DNA of 54,117 bases from a virus, in IMG/VR virus record IMGVR_UViG_3300045988_074595; one strand, written 5' to 3'. The translations under genes were made by a program, and so were the position numbers. Shown piece after piece: positions 52,470-54,117 of the stretch (position 1 is its first letter; each line of letters begins with the position of its first letter). The notes below the pieces were generated by a model. It saw only the letters and a list, made by a program, of their open reading frames with translations, searched no databases and was not told the origin of the DNA.

Positions 52470-53966
52470 ATGACTTTTAGTGATGGATTACCATTAACAC
52501 CTGAAAAAGGTAGCTTAATTACCCTTTATGACGAGTCATTTCGTCCTATTGGTGTTTTGCGTAGGGCTTATAACATTATCCTAAATGATGAACGAGTTAC
52601 TCGAACTACCGGAGCCGAACAGTTAAAATTCAGTATTTTGAACGACAGTCCTTACTATGACGACATTTATGTTGAACGTCTAATTGAGTTTGGAGGTAGG
52701 TGGTTCCGTATTAAACTGCTGGAAGATACCTACTATAAAAATAGGGGTTCTAGTGTATCCTGTGACGCATTGTGGTATGAGTTAGGAGACGGTGGACGAA
52801 TGCCGTGTAACTACGAAAATACAACTATTGCGGGTATGTTAAGTGATCAGTTTAGAGGACTTGATGTTAGTTGGGTACTTCCTACAGATGTTCAGTCAAT
52901 TAACGTTCGTTCCGTAACTAAGGACATGAACTCACGTTTGCACAACCTACGTTATATCCTACGGCAGTACAATTTAGAGGTAGTGTTTGGGTACCGTAAG
53001 CACGATAAGGGAGTTACTATTGTAATCTTCCCTCAGGTGTATCAAATGACTAAAAAGGACTTTCCTCTAGTAGTTGGTAAGTCAGTTAGTTCTATCACTC
53101 GTACGGTAGACAGTCGAAATTTGTGTACTCGTTACACGCTGACATCTACGGACGATAACGGGGATGAAATTACCATTGCAGACATTAACGGAGGTAAGTC
53201 TTACTTAGATGACACTTCCTATTTTAGACGCATTGGGGCTCCGGAGCGGATTATTGAAAAATCGAAGGATGATAACCGCTATCGTAACAAGTGGGAAATG
53301 ATGGAGGCGATGCGTGAACATTTACGTATCTACTCAAGTCCCTTTGTCAGTTATGACGTAGACGCTGCTCTTTATAGTCAGGAACAACTTCCGGACTTAT
53401 TAGAGAGTCAGCTGATACTAGACGAGAAGTACCAGATTACAGAATGGCGAATTGTCACTAAACGTAAAATCAACTTTTCGAACTTATCTAAAAGTGTCAT
53501 TTCTTTTCAAGACCCACGTGCAGACACAACAAGTCAAGCACAGGATATGCAGGATCTTCGAAACATTGTATCCACGGAGTCCAACATGAACTCATCTCGT
53601 CAACGTGGTATGATTGCAAAAACGGATAAGACGAACAGAACTGTCGCACAAAACGACAAGAACGCACAAGCACGTGAAAAGCAAGTAGCTGACAACGCAG
53701 CTGAGGCTAATAGACAAGAGCAGGCTACTCGTCAAAGTCAAATCAATCAGGTAGTTAACTATACTACAGATGTAGAGACTAGGGCAGTAAGTCGTCACAA
53801 TTCTGAGGTAGCTGCTCGTCAGGCCGCAGATAACGCTATTAGGAACTTGGCACAAGCTGCTCACAACAATTTAGCTAGCTTTATACAAGGCGATTTTAGT
53901 GTCTTGCGTAATAGAGTAGGAGCACTTGAAGCACGTGTAGGTGCAGTAGAAAGAAGAGGTAAATAA
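52470..53966 (+). CDS. tail-associated protein (Tal, Prophage_tail N-terminal domain) with a short coiled-coil C-terminus
   Basis: 498 aa, following Dit. The C-terminal Q/A/N-rich coiled coil carries no obvious receptor-binding or lytic domain. Confidence 0.7.
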   Translation: MTFSDGLPLTPEKGSLITLYDESFRPIGVLRRAYNIILNDERVTRTTGAEQLKFSILNDSPYYDDIYVERLIEFGGRWFRIKLLEDTYYKNRGSSVSCDALWYELGDGGRMPCNYENTTIAGMLSDQFRGLDVSWVLPTDVQSINVRSVTKDMNSRLHNLRYILRQYNLEVVFGYRKHDKGVTIVIFPQVYQMTKKDFPLVVGKSVSSITRTVDSRNLCTRYTLTSTDDNGDEITIADINGGKSYLDDTSYFRRIGAPERIIEKSKDDNRYRNKWEMMEAMREHLRIYSSPFVSYDVDAALYSQEQLPDLLESQLILDEKYQITEWRIVTKRKINFSNLSKSVISFQDPRADTTSQAQDMQDLRNIVSTESNMNSSRQRGMIAKTDKTNRTVAQNDKNAQAREKQVADNAAEANRQEQATRQSQINQVVNYTTDVETRAVSRHNSEVAARQAADNAIRNLAQAAHNNLASFIQGDFSVLRNRVGALEARVGAVERRGK

Positions 53967-53972
53967 TAACTA

Positions 53973-54117
53973 ATGCAGGAGACGGAACGTGAATTAGCAG
54001 GATGGTTGGTAACAGTGATTTTACCTATCATCGTATCGTGTGCAGGATTTTATCTAAGCTCACAAAATAAGACTTCTACCCTTGAAAAACGTCTAACAAC
54101 TTTGGAAGTTGTGAACG
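53973..54117 (+). CDS. 5-prime part of the junction-spanning TM/coiled-coil lysis-cassette gene (continues at base 56 of the window)
   Basis: ATG 53973. TM segment WLVTVILPIIVSCAGFYL. The frame is continuous through the 55-nt overlap into 1..222. Confidence 0.6.
   Translation, partial: MQETERELAGWLVTVILPIIVSCAGFYLSSQNKTSTLEKRLTTLEVVN
54063..54117. repeat. 55-nt exact copy of bases 1-55 (circular-assembly overlap)
   Basis: Compared base by base: caaaataagacttctacccttgaaaaacgtctaacaactttggaagttgtgaacg is present at both ends. Confidence 0.95.

Noticed and set aside
54063-54117. 55-nt direct terminal repeat read as a biological DTR
   Set aside because: Its length equals a standard de Bruijn k-mer overlap, and it falls in the middle of a continuous ORF. 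A physical terminal repeat at that spot is unlikely, so I treat it as a circular-assembly artefact.
1-54117. Lysogeny module, transposon or IS element, or toxin-antitoxin pair
   Set aside because: I found no integrase or recombinase motifs, no CI/Cro-like divergent pair, and no terminal inverted repeats with a transposase. The small HTH genes at 4288-4918 sit inside the early replication operon.

Overview
This window is a complete, circularly closed genome of a tailed, siphovirus-type dsDNA phage of a low-GC Gram-positive host. Bases 1-55 recur exactly at 54063-54117, which looks like an assembler overlap (unit length 54,062 bp), and one gene runs across the junction. There are about 85 tightly packed genes, all but one on the + strand, with AGGAGG-type RBSs and frequent TTG/GTG starts. 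Gene order: (1) lysis cassette with a TM/coiled-coil protein, holin and Amidase_5-type endolysin (1-1261); (2) early/replication block with SNF2 helicase, HTH proteins, DnaC-like loader, DnaB helicase and primase (1504-9591); (3) phage sigma factor (9649-10257), SSB-like protein and family-A DNA polymerase; (4) a 7-deazaguanine DNA-modification island with a frameshifted conserved gene, YhhQ-like transporter, QueC, QueD, QueE, FolE and DpdA (13464-18114); (5) sliding clamp, Cas4-like nuclease, RecU, dUTPase, RecA and clamp-loader gamma/tau, delta-prime and delta (18206-25824); (6) an HD hydrolase with an Arg-rich repeat tail, plus small genes; (7) an accessory block of small ORFans under duplicated early promoters (29230-33023); (8) an 840-bp gene-free repeat region (33024-33863); (9) packaging and morphogenesis genes: TerS, an out-of-place 944-aa receptor-binding/beta-helix protein, TerL, portal, Mu-F-like protein, scaffold, decoration, major capsid, connectors, major tail, chaperones, tape measure, Dit and Tal. 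I saw no integrase, repressor, tRNA, rRNA, CRISPR array or transposon, so the phage is probably virulent. The architecture recalls Streptococcus phage Dp-1-like viruses, but that is from memory and was not searched. The most interesting items are the deazaguanine island with its transporter and (AT)5 frameshift, the CTGAACA repeat array upstream of terS, the five-copy early promoter/UTR cassette with one divergent pair, the TGTATA-N6-TATACA dyads in front of middle/late operons, the receptor-binding gene between terS and terL, and a possible mini ADP-ribosyltransferase/Tpt1-like ORF. All functional calls rest on motif recognition by eye; no database search was possible.
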